NCBI GenBank assembly: GCA_033851975.1
Contig: JAWSVJ010000007.1
Coordinates: 251,512 to 315,511 of the forward strand
Direction of reading: 5' to 3'
DNA: 64,000 nt
DNA from: Hyphomonas sp.
Lineage (GTDB): Bacteria > Pseudomonadota > Alphaproteobacteria > Caulobacterales > Hyphomonadaceae
Part shown: piece by piece, positions 1 through 9,052 of the stretch
Layout of the letters: every line of letters starts with the position of its first letter
Numbering within the stretch: the stretch's first letter is position 1
The notes under the pieces: model-generated
What the model saw: the letters and a program-made list of their open reading frames with translations, nothing else
What the model was told of the DNA's origin: nothing
The model's database searches: none
Made by a program: the position numbers and the translations under genes

Positions 1-1
1 C

Positions 2-109
2 TTCCTCAGCACCTCTGAAGGCGAACGCGTAAACCGATTTGATGACGAACCGCTAGCGGAAGAAAAAGTCGAAGGCTGGATCGATCTCGCCCGCGAGGAA
101 GCCGCCTAA
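2..109 (+). CDS. 3' end of a CDS entering from the left edge; product unknown
   Basis: Open frame FLSTSEGERVNRFDDEPLAEEKVEGWIDLAREEAA* ends at TAA 107-109, just before a hairpin terminator. Confidence 0.5.
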   Translation, partial: FLSTSEGERVNRFDDEPLAEEKVEGWIDLAREEAA

Positions 110-115
110 AAATAT

Positions 116-150
116 GCCCTCCCCCACAAAAAAGTGGGAGAGGGCGTTTT
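116..150. terminator. Probable bidirectional intrinsic terminator
   Basis: GCCCTCCCCCAC-AAAAAA-GTGGGAGAGGGC hairpin followed by GTTTT, between convergent genes. Confidence 0.6.
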
Positions 151-173
151 CTGCTTTCAAGTCAGCTCAAGCC

Positions 174-926
174 TTATTGGCCTTTACGCTGCTTCACGTC
201 TTCTTCGCCAGAAGCTTCGCGGTCGGCTTCATCAAAGATAATTTCCGCCTCTTCACCTTTGCCATAGGCACGTGATTTCTTCGCCAAGCGGTTCATTGAC
301 TGGCTCATCTGGCCCTTGCCAACCGCCATGGATTTATTACCTGAAACGCCAACCGCGTCCGCATCATCAAAGTTCGCAAACTCAGCGCCGAGGAAGACGA
401 CTTCCCAGCCCTTTTTCCGCGCACGGTCCAGCGCGGCTTTTGCGCCACTCTTGGTGATTTCACGAGATGAATTTTCCTTACCGTCCGTCATAATCACGAT
501 GACAGCTTTCTCGGGATTGTCTGCTTCGGCCATAGAGACCATGCGCCCAATAGCGTCAAACAACGGGGTCATTCCGCGTGGTGAGGCTTCGTCATCAGTG
601 ACCGTCTGCCACGCTTCAGCTTCCACGCCGTCGCGCAATACATCAAACTGCAAGCTCTGCTGAAAATCAAAAACTGCGAGTGATATTTTCGTCTCAATGT
701 CTTCGCCTTCCAGCTCGCCTTCTTCGGCCTCGCCAACACTTTTGGCGTATGCGTTTACTGATCCCAGCGCCTCATCCCAGATGTCTCCCATGGATCCTGT
801 ACGGTCTAATAGAATGTATGAATGCACTGCGTCAGCCTCCTCAGTTGGTAGAATTTTGGCGGTCGCAGGCGCAGCTATAGACAAGCCAAGCGCGGCTATC
901 GCGATAGGTAAAATGAACTTCTTCAT
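174..926 (-). CDS. Secreted von Willebrand factor A (vWA) domain protein
   Basis: Signal peptide MKKFILPIAIAALGLSIAAPATA; MIDAS-like LLDRTGSM; GMTPLFDAIG; IMTDGKENS. Start taken at the MKK ATG (926). Confidence 0.8.
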   Translation of the reverse strand: MKKFILPIAIAALGLSIAAPATAKILPTEEADAVHSYILLDRTGSMGDIWDEALGSVNAYAKSVGEAEEGELEGEDIETKISLAVFDFQQSLQFDVLRDGVEAEAWQTVTDDEASPRGMTPLFDAIGRMVSMAEADNPEKAVIVIMTDGKENSSREITKSGAKAALDRARKKGWEVVFLGAEFANFDDADAVGVSGNKSMAVGKGQMSQSMNRLAKKSRAYGKGEEAEIIFDEADREASGEEDVKQRKGQ

Positions 927-1045
927 TGGGGCGTCCCTTCCCGTGAACATAAAGCCCCCCGGCCCTGTTCATCTTAGGAAGGTGCGCGCCAAATAAGGCG
1001 CTGACATGGCCCCATTCTGCCGATGCAGTGGAATCTAGCGGTGCT

Positions 1046-1939
1046 TCACGCGAACTGCGGGGCGATCTTTAGATTCTTTACCCAGCCAATTTTTTCCATC
1101 ATGAGAAGCAGCGTGCCATTTGAATCCACGATTCGGTTCCACACACCCTTGCGTGGCCGGTGCAGCGCGCTCGTCGGTTGGTCATGATGGTGATCGTGGA
1201 ATGCCTCGCCGCCGGTCAACAAGCCAATCAAATGATCCGCCCATATCGGCGTTTTCAAATGCCCGAGCACATTGATGCCATAGACCGTGGCGTGAAACTG
1301 AATGGCGCGGCCAATCACAAAGCTCGCATGAATCATCGACGTCAGCAGCAGCGAACCACCCGCCGCCCAAACGATCAAATAAACGATGGCCGGAATGACA
1401 AAATGAACAACGACGCTAAGGTGATTATAAAAGCGGTCCATCCAAACAATGATTGGCTGATGTTTCAACCATATCGCCATTGGGCGCGCAGTGTCCTTCT
1501 CATCACGGAATAATATCCATCCCGACCAGGCCCAGGATATTGATTCAAACGGGTTGTGCGGGTCGCCCGGTTCATCAGCGAACCGGTGATGTTGACTGTG
1601 ATAATTCACCCAGTCTTTCACGTTGCCTTGCATCGCGATCATCAGGTTCAGCATGGTCAGCACTTGCGCGGGTGGGTTCAGCTCCCCGGCCTTATGCTGC
1701 AAAATCCGGTGCAAAGGCCCGATACCCATATTGCAAATGGTCACGGTCCATGCCGTCACCCCAAACGCTATCGGGAAATACCACCAGTGCATTGTTAACT
1801 GGCTGAGCGCGAAGCCCAACACAACCATGGTGATAAACAGTGCCACTCCAAGCAGAGGGTAGAAAACCACTGAAAAGAAGCTGGCAAAATCAAACGTTTT
1901 CCAGTTTTTCGGAATCGCGAGCGAGCGGGGAAGTGTCAA
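1046..1939 (-). CDS. Membrane fatty-acid desaturase (delta-9/acyl-CoA desaturase-like)
   Basis: Three His boxes (HRILQH, HSQHH, HDHHH), NVLGH motif and hydrophobic transmembrane (TM) segments. Confidence 0.85.
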   Translation of the reverse strand: MTLPRSLAIPKNWKTFDFASFFSVVFYPLLGVALFITMVVLGFALSQLTMHWWYFPIAFGVTAWTVTICNMGIGPLHRILQHKAGELNPPAQVLTMLNLMIAMQGNVKDWVNYHSQHHRFADEPGDPHNPFESISWAWSGWILFRDEKDTARPMAIWLKHQPIIVWMDRFYNHLSVVVHFVIPAIVYLIVWAAGGSLLLTSMIHASFVIGRAIQFHATVYGINVLGHLKTPIWADHLIGLLTGGEAFHDHHHDQPTSALHRPRKGVWNRIVDSNGTLLLMMEKIGWVKNLKIAPQFA

Positions 1940-1996
1940 ATTATGTCCTCCAGACAGGGTGCGTTTAGGAGCATTATTTCAAATTTTTTCTGCAAC

Positions 1997-2010
1997 TGCA
2001 ATGCAGCGCA
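1997..2010. promoter_or_regulatory. Putative PhaR-type operator (two overlapping TGCRNYGCA sites)
   Basis: TGCAATGCA (1997-2005) and TGCAGCGCA (2002-2010), about 60 nt upstream of the desaturase start. Confidence 0.4.
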
Positions 2011-2140
2011 ACATCTGATCTAAAGTCAAAGCCTTGCGCGCAGCGCTGCCCGCACAAGTCGCCTAATACGTGCAATGAGATGACGCCCAATAACAGCGCA
2101 GTTAACACACTTCATAGCATAACAGCGTATCGAGGGGGCC

Positions 2141-3328
2141 ATGAGCGACGCGAAGCAACAGCACGACATTACTCGGCTCCGTGCTGCATTTGCCAGCCAT
2201 GGCGTTAATCTCGATGACGTCTTCACAGACGCAGGTGATTTTACCATCTCTTGCACCCTGTCGGAAGAGTGTCGCGCCACTTCTGACCTCACGCTCACCC
2301 TTACCGACACTCGTTTTGCGTGCAGCGCCTGTGGCGCATCAGGTAACCTCTCTCGCCTCGCCGACAAGCTAGAGGCCCAAACCGGGTTATTAAGCCCGCC
2401 TATCCAAACGCCCGAACCAGCCAGCCATGAACTCGTTCACGCGCCTCGCTCGTCACCCGCTCTCAAAGTCGAGCGAAACCTCGCGCCAGAAACACAACGT
2501 GTTGCCCATTTAGATCCCAAGGATCGCATCCTAACACCAGAAGAGCTGCAACAGCGCGCATCAGAAGAACGCAAAGAACGTAGAAAGGGCCTTGGCGAAC
2601 GCCTCCTCATTGGTGGGCTCGCGCTCCTCTTCCTCATCGCAGGGCTCATGGCTGCCACCCTCTCTGGCTATGCCAACTTCCAAGCCTTCTCCACCTCCGT
2701 CGCCGATCCGCTCCAAGCTAAGATTTGGGGCTGGACGGGGGTTATCGCGGCCATTGTCAGCTTTGGGGGCTTCACCTTCGTCTATTGGCACGCCGCCGCC
2801 CGCCGCATGAAAGAGAGCCTACGCGCAGCGCTGTTCGCCCTTGCAGGCGCCGCCACCAGCATCATCGGCACCAGCAGCTATATTGAGGCCAACAATACCA
2901 ACGCCGCCCTCCATATGGAACAGGCGGGCACCAACAGAACCGTCCTCAATGCCCAAATCGCCGATTGGCGCACGCAATTGGGAGGCATCCCGCCCGAGAC
3001 GCGCTCTGTGGACGGGCTGGAAATCTACATCGCCGAAGTCGACCGCGTTGGCCGCTCCCACCAAAAGCCCTATCGCGACGCCCAAAATGAGCTCGGCCTC
3101 GCCAAGCGCCGAGATGAGCTGCTGACCAAGATCGACGCCGCCAACGAAGAGCTGCTCGGCACTGGCCCCGGCGCCATTCTCACCCGCGCAGAACAACGCA
3201 CCCATTTGCCCCCTTGGTTCTTCGCCGTGATGCTAGAACTCTTCTCCAGCCAGGGCACATCCATCGGCCTCGTCGCCTTCCTTATCCTGCTAAACGGCAG
3301 CCCGGCACGGCCAGCGGGTAAAAAATAG
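2141..3328 (+). CDS. Hypothetical membrane protein with N-terminal Cys4 Zn-ribbon-like region
   Basis: 395 aa ORF with RBS GAGGGGG; CTLSEEC...CSACG; Pro-rich linker; about four TM helices, a helical soluble region and a C-terminal TM. Confidence 0.75.
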   Translation: MSDAKQQHDITRLRAAFASHGVNLDDVFTDAGDFTISCTLSEECRATSDLTLTLTDTRFACSACGASGNLSRLADKLEAQTGLLSPPIQTPEPASHELVHAPRSSPALKVERNLAPETQRVAHLDPKDRILTPEELQQRASEERKERRKGLGERLLIGGLALLFLIAGLMAATLSGYANFQAFSTSVADPLQAKIWGWTGVIAAIVSFGGFTFVYWHAAARRMKESLRAALFALAGAATSIIGTSSYIEANNTNAALHMEQAGTNRTVLNAQIADWRTQLGGIPPETRSVDGLEIYIAEVDRVGRSHQKPYRDAQNELGLAKRRDELLTKIDAANEELLGTGPGAILTRAEQRTHLPPWFFAVMLELFSSQGTSIGLVAFLILLNGSPARPAGKK

Positions 3329-3421
3329 ATCTCCAACAAACTTTCTTGGAACGATATCCGGTCCCGCGCATAGACTATTCAGAAGTAAGAGTGTCATCGA
3401 ACTTCTCATGCCTACCTTTCA

Positions 3422-3453
3422 AGAGCTGGTGCTTTATGCACCAGCTTTTTTTT
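3422..3453 (+). terminator. Intrinsic terminator
   Basis: AGCTGGTGC-TTTAT-GCACCAGCT followed by a T run. Confidence 0.8.
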
Positions 3454-3540
3454 GACCTCAGCAAAAGCAGGCCCTGTGCAACCACACGGCTGGGCTTATA
3501 ATCGTTTGAACCTCGACCCCTCAAGCGAAAGTCGTCCGCC

Positions 3541-4470
3541 ATCTCAACACCGTCCACACCTCTCATTATTGATTGCGATCCCGGCGTGGACGACGCCGTC
3601 ATGCTGATCCTCGCGCTCACTCGGCGGGATCTAGACGTGCGTGCCATCACCACAGTCGCCGGTAACGTGCCGCTGTCGCTCACCTGCCGAAACGCCCGCA
3701 TGTTGACTGATTTGATGGACCGCGCAGACTTGCCTGTCCACGCAGGCTGCAGCCGCCCGATGTCGCGAGAGCCCGTCACTGCCGAAGACTTTCACGGGAT
3801 AAGCGGCATTTCCGGCATTGAACCGTTCGAGCCCAAAACCCCAGTCGCGCCGGGCCACGCCGTTAAAGCCATCATTGCGCATGCTCGCGCTGCCAGCCCC
3901 AAAGGCCTTACGCTCGTCATCACAGGACCAATGACCAACATTGCCTTCGCCCTCAACATCGCCCCAGACATTCATGCCAACATCAAAGAGCTGATCGTCA
4001 TGGGCGGCGCTGATGCGGCTGGCGGCAACATCACGCCCACGGCAGAGTTCAACATCTTCGCAGACCCACACGCCGCGCAGATCGTGTTCGATGCCGCGCT
4101 GCCTACCCGCATCCTCAGCCTTGATGTCACACATCAAGTGCGGGCAACTGACGTCCAGCTGGCCAAGATCGGGCAAGTCTCGACCCCATACGCTGCGCTA
4201 ATGCTAAACTTGCTACACGCTGCAAACACACTCGAAGCGCGTTGGAAAGCTGGTCAAAAAGCACCCATGCACGACCCCTCAACATTGGTCGCATTACTAA
4301 ACCCGGACCTATTCGAAGGACGTCGCGGCACAGCGTGCGTAAACGTGCAGTCTGGGGGCAGTTTCGGGCAAACTACGTTCATACCCACGCCTGACGGTCC
4401 CCATTTTTGGTATGACAGTGTGCAAGAAGATGCATTCTTCAACGCCATAGCAGAGCGAGTGCGCCACTAA
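3541..4470 (+). CDS. Inosine/uridine-preferring nucleoside hydrolase; start uncertain (possibly ATC at 3541)
   Basis: In-frame PLIIDCDPGVDDA motif (from 3559), GNV, TGPMTN, AEFNIFADP, MHDP. The first canonical start (GTG 3586) lies inside the catalytic motif. Confidence 0.85.
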   Translation: MSTPSTPLIIDCDPGVDDAVMLILALTRRDLDVRAITTVAGNVPLSLTCRNARMLTDLMDRADLPVHAGCSRPMSREPVTAEDFHGISGISGIEPFEPKTPVAPGHAVKAIIAHARAASPKGLTLVITGPMTNIAFALNIAPDIHANIKELIVMGGADAAGGNITPTAEFNIFADPHAAQIVFDAALPTRILSLDVTHQVRATDVQLAKIGQVSTPYAALMLNLLHAANTLEARWKAGQKAPMHDPSTLVALLNPDLFEGRRGTACVNVQSGGSFGQTTFIPTPDGPHFWYDSVQEDAFFNAIAERVRH

Positions 4471-5303
4471 TGATAACCATTGTCGGTTCAATCAATCTAG
4501 ATATCGTCGCCACCGCCCCCACCCTTCCGGCGCCCGGCGAAACGGTCACAGGCGGCAGGCTCGCGCGCTTCCCCGGCGGAAAAGGCGCGAACGCAGCGTT
4601 GGCGGCGCAACGCCTCGGCCAGCCTGTCTCTCTCATCGGCGCGGTCGGCGCTGACGATATGGCAGAGGAGGCGTTGTCCCTCCTCATAAAAAGCGGGATG
4701 GACCTCTCCGGCACGGCGCACATAAACGGAGAAACCACAGGTGTCGCCCTCATTGGTGTCGATGCGCTGGGTGAGAACTTCATCATCGTTTGCCCCGGCG
4801 CCAACAATGCGCTGCGCCCTGAAGATGTTAGCGATCGCCCCATCCATCACATGATGGGCGTGCTTGAAGTGCCCCCGCGAACATTGCTAGCAGCGGCCAC
4901 CCGGGCCACAGGCTTCGTTTGCCTAAACCTAGCCCCTGCGATGGACGTAACAGACGAACTGCTCGCCGCCGCCGACCTGATCAGCGTAAATGAAACCGAA
5001 GCTGAGTTTTATGGAGACGCGCTACATTCACTCGGCGCCCTCATCGCTGTTTCTATCGGGGCCGAGGGTGCTGTCTTGTATAAAGCTGGCAAAGAGATCG
5101 CGCGTCAAAGTCCGCCACAGGTCACCGTCGTCGACACAGTTGGCGCCGGCGACACGTTCACGGCAGCGCTTACAGTCGCGCTGATTGAAGGTATGCCAGA
5201 GCAAGACGCATTGGCCTTTGCCGTCAAAGCAGGCGCGCTGGCCTGCACCAAACGCGGCGCTCAGACGAGCCTACCATTTCGCAAAGACGTGGACGCGCTT
5301 TAG
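4470..5303 (+). CDS. rbsK: Ribokinase (PfkB family)
   Basis: VGSINLD, GGKGANAA and DTVGAGDTF motifs; TAATG overlap with the nucleoside hydrolase stop. Confidence 0.88.
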   Translation: MITIVGSINLDIVATAPTLPAPGETVTGGRLARFPGGKGANAALAAQRLGQPVSLIGAVGADDMAEEALSLLIKSGMDLSGTAHINGETTGVALIGVDALGENFIIVCPGANNALRPEDVSDRPIHHMMGVLEVPPRTLLAAATRATGFVCLNLAPAMDVTDELLAAADLISVNETEAEFYGDALHSLGALIAVSIGAEGAVLYKAGKEIARQSPPQVTVVDTVGAGDTFTAALTVALIEGMPEQDALAFAVKAGALACTKRGAQTSLPFRKDVDAL

Positions 5304-6796
5304 GCGCCCGCTCTAGCAATCCGGCGACGCTGAACACTCGATGGAATGTTCAAGCTCTCGCGATATTTCGCCACTGTACGCCGGGCAATCTCGACACCAT
5401 AGCCGGTCAAGATTTCAACGATCTGATCGTCAGACAACACAGCATCACCCACCTCTGCATCAATCAGATGCTTGATCCGATGACGCACAGCTTCGGCTGA
5501 ATGCGCTTCGCCGCCATTCGTCGCGGGAATAGCCGCAGAGAAGAAGTATTTCAGCTCAAACAATCCACGCGGTGTCGACATATACTTGTTAGACGTCACA
5601 CGGCTAACTGTAGACTCGTGCATCTCAATCGCGTCAGCAACCTGCTTCAAATTCAATGGACGAAGGTGTGCAACACCATGTGCAAAGAACGCATCTTGCT
5701 GGCGAACAATCTCGCTGGCCACTTTCAAAATCGTGCGGGCACGCTGGTCGAGTGACTTGATCAGCCACGTCGCATTAGATGCGCACTCAGTGATAAACTC
5801 TTTCTCTTGCTCACGCATCGGCAGAGCGGAAACCTCAGCATAATATGCCTTGTCCATCAGCACGCGCGGCAGTGTTTCGGAATTCAACTCAACAGCAAAC
5901 ATACCATTGGGCAGCTCACGGATAGTTACATCCGGCGCAACGGTAACCGCTGCGTCGCTAGAGAAACCAGATCCCGGCTTAGGAGACAGCTGACGCAACT
6001 CCATCAACATATCTGCAATGTCGGCCTTATCAACACCGCAAACATCAGCCAGTTTTTTCAAATCATGCTTGGCAACAAGCTCAAGGTTCTCGACCATGGC
6101 TTCCATGGCCGGATCAAACCGTTGGTTCTCTTTCAACTGAAGGCCAAGGCATTCAGGAATTGTCCGCGCCAAAACACCTGTCGGCTCAAAGCCCTGACAG
6201 ACTTCCAACACAGCTTCAATATTCGCGAGTTCCGCGCCAAGCGCTTCTGCAACATCTTGCAAAGGCGCGCGCAAATACCCACTGTCATCAGTTTCATCAA
6301 TCAAGCGCGCCGCGATCAAGCGGTCGGCATCTGATAGCCCCGCTATGCTAAGCTGCTTGTGCAAATGCTCATGCAAGGACACATCCGTACTCAGATTTGC
6401 CGTCGCATCATAATCGTCAGAAAATCCGCCACCGGACGCGGTAGACCAATCGGTCTTTGCGCTTGGCCCACTGCTCATATTCGCAGGCGCAGCGGCATCA
6501 GACCCAGTGCCCGGTTCATAAACGTCCGCGTCAGGCGCATCTAACTGCTCACGCGCAGCGCTCAAACCGGCCGGGTCATCAAGTGATGATTGCTCACGCT
6601 CTGGCGCGTCACCAGACGATTCCGCCCCGTCAGAGTCTTCACCCTTATTCAACAACGGATTTCGCTCGATCTCCGCCTCAACAAACTCAGCGAGTTCGTG
6701 ATTGGAAAGCTGCAACAGTTTAATCGCCTGCTGCAATTGTGGTGTCATGACCAGGGACTGCCCCTGGCGCATATCGAGTGATTGTTTCATGGCCAT
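5300..6796 (-). CDS. rpoN: RNA polymerase sigma-54 factor
   Basis: Region I QAIKLLQLS, HESTVSR helix-turn-helix, RpoN box ARRTVAKYRE; downstream of lptB. Confidence 0.97.
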   Translation of the reverse strand: MAMKQSLDMRQGQSLVMTPQLQQAIKLLQLSNHELAEFVEAEIERNPLLNKGEDSDGAESSGDAPEREQSSLDDPAGLSAAREQLDAPDADVYEPGTGSDAAAPANMSSGPSAKTDWSTASGGGFSDDYDATANLSTDVSLHEHLHKQLSIAGLSDADRLIAARLIDETDDSGYLRAPLQDVAEALGAELANIEAVLEVCQGFEPTGVLARTIPECLGLQLKENQRFDPAMEAMVENLELVAKHDLKKLADVCGVDKADIADMLMELRQLSPKPGSGFSSDAAVTVAPDVTIRELPNGMFAVELNSETLPRVLMDKAYYAEVSALPMREQEKEFITECASNATWLIKSLDQRARTILKVASEIVRQQDAFFAHGVAHLRPLNLKQVADAIEMHESTVSRVTSNKYMSTPRGLFELKYFFSAAIPATNGGEAHSAEAVRHRIKHLIDAEVGDAVLSDDQIVEILTGYGVEIARRTVAKYRESLNIPSSVQRRRIARAGA

Positions 6797-6814
6797 AAGC
6801 CCGCGCCCTCTAAA

Positions 6815-7549
6815 TCAAGCGGCGAACTGTTCACCCAGATAGACCCTACGCACATCCTCATTAGCAAGCACACCTTCCGGCGTGCCTTCATAGAGAACAG
6901 CCCCGTCATACATAACCGATGCGCGGTCAACGATCTGAAGCGTTTCGCGCACTTGGTGGTCCGTAATCAGAACACCAAGGCCACGTTTCTTCAGAAAGTG
7001 AACAAGATCAGAAATGTCGGAGATAGCGAGTGGGTCAATACCGGTGAACGGTTCATCCAAAAGCATAAAGCTTGGACGGGATGCAAGTGCACGCGCAATT
7101 TCAACGCGCCGACGTTCACCCCCGGAAAGGGATGTCGCCGCTTGATCACGCAAATGATCAACATGCAACTCTCGGAGCAGGCCATCCACTTGTGCGCGGC
7201 GTGCATTGCGGTCTTTCTCGACCAGCTCTGCAACAGCGAGCACATTTTCTTCTACGGTCATGCCCCGGAAAATGGAGGCCTCCTGAGGGAGGTATCCCAT
7301 TCCAAGACGTGCCCGTTGATACATAGGCAGGCCGGTCACATCTTCACCGTCGATCGAAATCGCACCGGAATCTGCGCCAATCAGGCCCATAATCATGTAG
7401 AAACACGTGGTTTTGCCAGCCCCATTTGGTCCAAGCAAGCCGACCACTTCTCCGCGTTGAAGGGACAATGACACATCACGCACGACCTGCCGCTTACCAA
7501 AAGACTTGGCAAGATTTTCGACAATGAGGCCTGTAGGCGCGTCAGTCAT
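6815..7549 (-). CDS. lptB: LPS export ABC ATPase LptB
   Basis: GPNGAGKTT, YLPQEASIFR, LSGGERRR, LLDEPF, ITDH; gene context. Confidence 0.95.
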   Translation of the reverse strand: MTDAPTGLIVENLAKSFGKRQVVRDVSLSLQRGEVVGLLGPNGAGKTTCFYMIMGLIGADSGAISIDGEDVTGLPMYQRARLGMGYLPQEASIFRGMTVEENVLAVAELVEKDRNARRAQVDGLLRELHVDHLRDQAATSLSGGERRRVEIARALASRPSFMLLDEPFTGIDPLAISDISDLVHFLKKRGLGVLITDHQVRETLQIVDRASVMYDGAVLYEGTPEGVLANEDVRRVYLGEQFAA

Positions 7550-7651
7550 TTTGTTATTCGTCCATTCTCACGGGGCAGTAGTCGCCCTGCAATTCACCTA
7601 GCAAAATAGAGTTAAGGCCCGTTTTCAGACCTTAGTGAAATTTGATCTAGT

Positions 7652-8170
7652 TTAGTTTTTCGCATCATCCTCTGGTGTAATCACCATTCTAGATGTGCCC
7701 GTTCCACCATCCAATGTGGTACGGCGATTCCCGATTTCAATCTTCAGGCTTTCGCCCTCGGCGACATCGCGATCACGCATCAAGGCCACTTTGCCCGTCA
7801 TTGTGATTGTGTCGGTCCGCAGTTCATACACGCCCCGATCACCTTTTGCTTTCATTTCAGGGGTGACGTAAAACACGTTCCCCTCGGCAATAATCTGCTT
7901 CACCGCGCCAAAACCTGCGCCAATGCCAGAGTTTGCGCCGTCAGCGACCTCACTGAATTTGATCGTCACCTTATCGGCGCGCAAACGTGCATCGCCCTGC
8001 TGAATATCAACATTGCCAATCAGATAAGCGGCATTCTCGCTCTCGACGCTCTCAATCCGTTCTGCGTCACTATAGATGGCGCCGCCTTCCGAAGAGATCT
8101 GCGCCATAGCAGGTAATCCGGCAACTGACACGGCAAACGCCGCCAGTGCACATTTAAGGCGTTTCGTCAT
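7652..8170 (-). CDS. lptA: LPS transport periplasmic protein LptA (OstA family)
   Basis: Signal peptide; GNVDIQQGDARLRADKV; lies between lptC and lptB. Confidence 0.88.
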   Translation of the reverse strand: MTKRLKCALAAFAVSVAGLPAMAQISSEGGAIYSDAERIESVESENAAYLIGNVDIQQGDARLRADKVTIKFSEVADGANSGIGAGFGAVKQIIAEGNVFYVTPEMKAKGDRGVYELRTDTITMTGKVALMRDRDVAEGESLKIEIGNRRTTLDGGTGTSRMVITPEDDAKN

Positions 8171-8831
8171 TTTCTGTTCCACCCTCTTCATCGGCCGTCT
8201 TTTCAGCCGGGTATATCACCAATGTAGCATTATCCTCGAACACGATTCTATTGCCATCTTCGAGTATTGAATATGTATCGGACCGAATGTCACCAAGCGG
8301 CCCCTCCCCGACGAGCGGAGATAGGCCCTCAACACGCCCCTCCTCCACAAAAATGCGGGCGCGGTCAGTCTGAAATGTATAGCCTGCCTCGTCTGAAATC
8401 GTAACGCCCTCATACAGTTCTAATATTCCAGCCTCGCGATCATACATGCCAGATGGCGCGCGCACCTCACTGCCAGTGGAATCGGTCAAAATAGGCGCAA
8501 CCAAATCGACCGCCGGGTCCCCAAGCTGCCTGCGCCGCGCCGCATCGGCAGTAATCGCATAGCTAAGCCCAGCAGAATCGCGGCCGGTAAAACGCGGATT
8601 GATCATCGAAATAATCTCAGTGTCTTGAATATTCACCGGCCGCGCTCGGTTCTCAATCGTGCTTTTCAAGATGTAACCGAGCAAAAGCCCGATCATCACC
8701 GCTGCGCCGACGAGAAAGAAAATTCGCATGAATCGAACGCGCACAGTGCGTCGACGCGCATCCTCCAGCGTCAGCTGGCGACGCGGAGCCCACAAAGTGG
8801 CAGGATCTAAATGGGATGTTGCATCAATCAC
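8154..8831 (-). CDS. lptC: LPS export protein LptC
   Basis: Single N-terminal TM; NPRFTGRD...YAITADAA motif typical of alphaproteobacterial LptC; upstream of lptA. Confidence 0.85.
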   Translation of the reverse strand: MIDATSHLDPATLWAPRRQLTLEDARRRTVRVRFMRIFFLVGAAVMIGLLLGYILKSTIENRARPVNIQDTEIISMINPRFTGRDSAGLSYAITADAARRRQLGDPAVDLVAPILTDSTGSEVRAPSGMYDREAGILELYEGVTISDEAGYTFQTDRARIFVEEGRVEGLSPLVGEGPLGDIRSDTYSILEDGNRIVFEDNATLVIYPAEKTADEEGGTENDETP

Positions 8832-8914
8832 AAAAAGCGGCCGTCTACATTAAAAAGCGTGTTACGCCATTAAACATACAGATTGCGGCAGGAAAACGAA
8901 AGCAACTGCAAATA

Positions 8915-9052
8915 TTAAAACTCACAGCCAGCAACCGCGCACTCTTCGATCACGACAGATGGGCCCGTTGGATCAACCCATTTCAGAATAAAGAAGATGA
9001 CCAGCGCGAGCGCGACAATTGAAACGGCTATACTCAGAAGCTTTCTCAACAA
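8915..9052 (-). CDS. Candidate small single-pass membrane protein (about 45 aa)
   Basis: LLRKLLSIAVSIVALALVIFFILKWVDPTGPSVVIEECAVAGCEF*; G-rich RBS-like sequence before TTG; fills the rnd-lptC gap on the same strand. Confidence 0.4.
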   Translation of the reverse strand: MLRKLLSIAVSIVALALVIFFILKWVDPTGPSVVIEECAVAGCEF

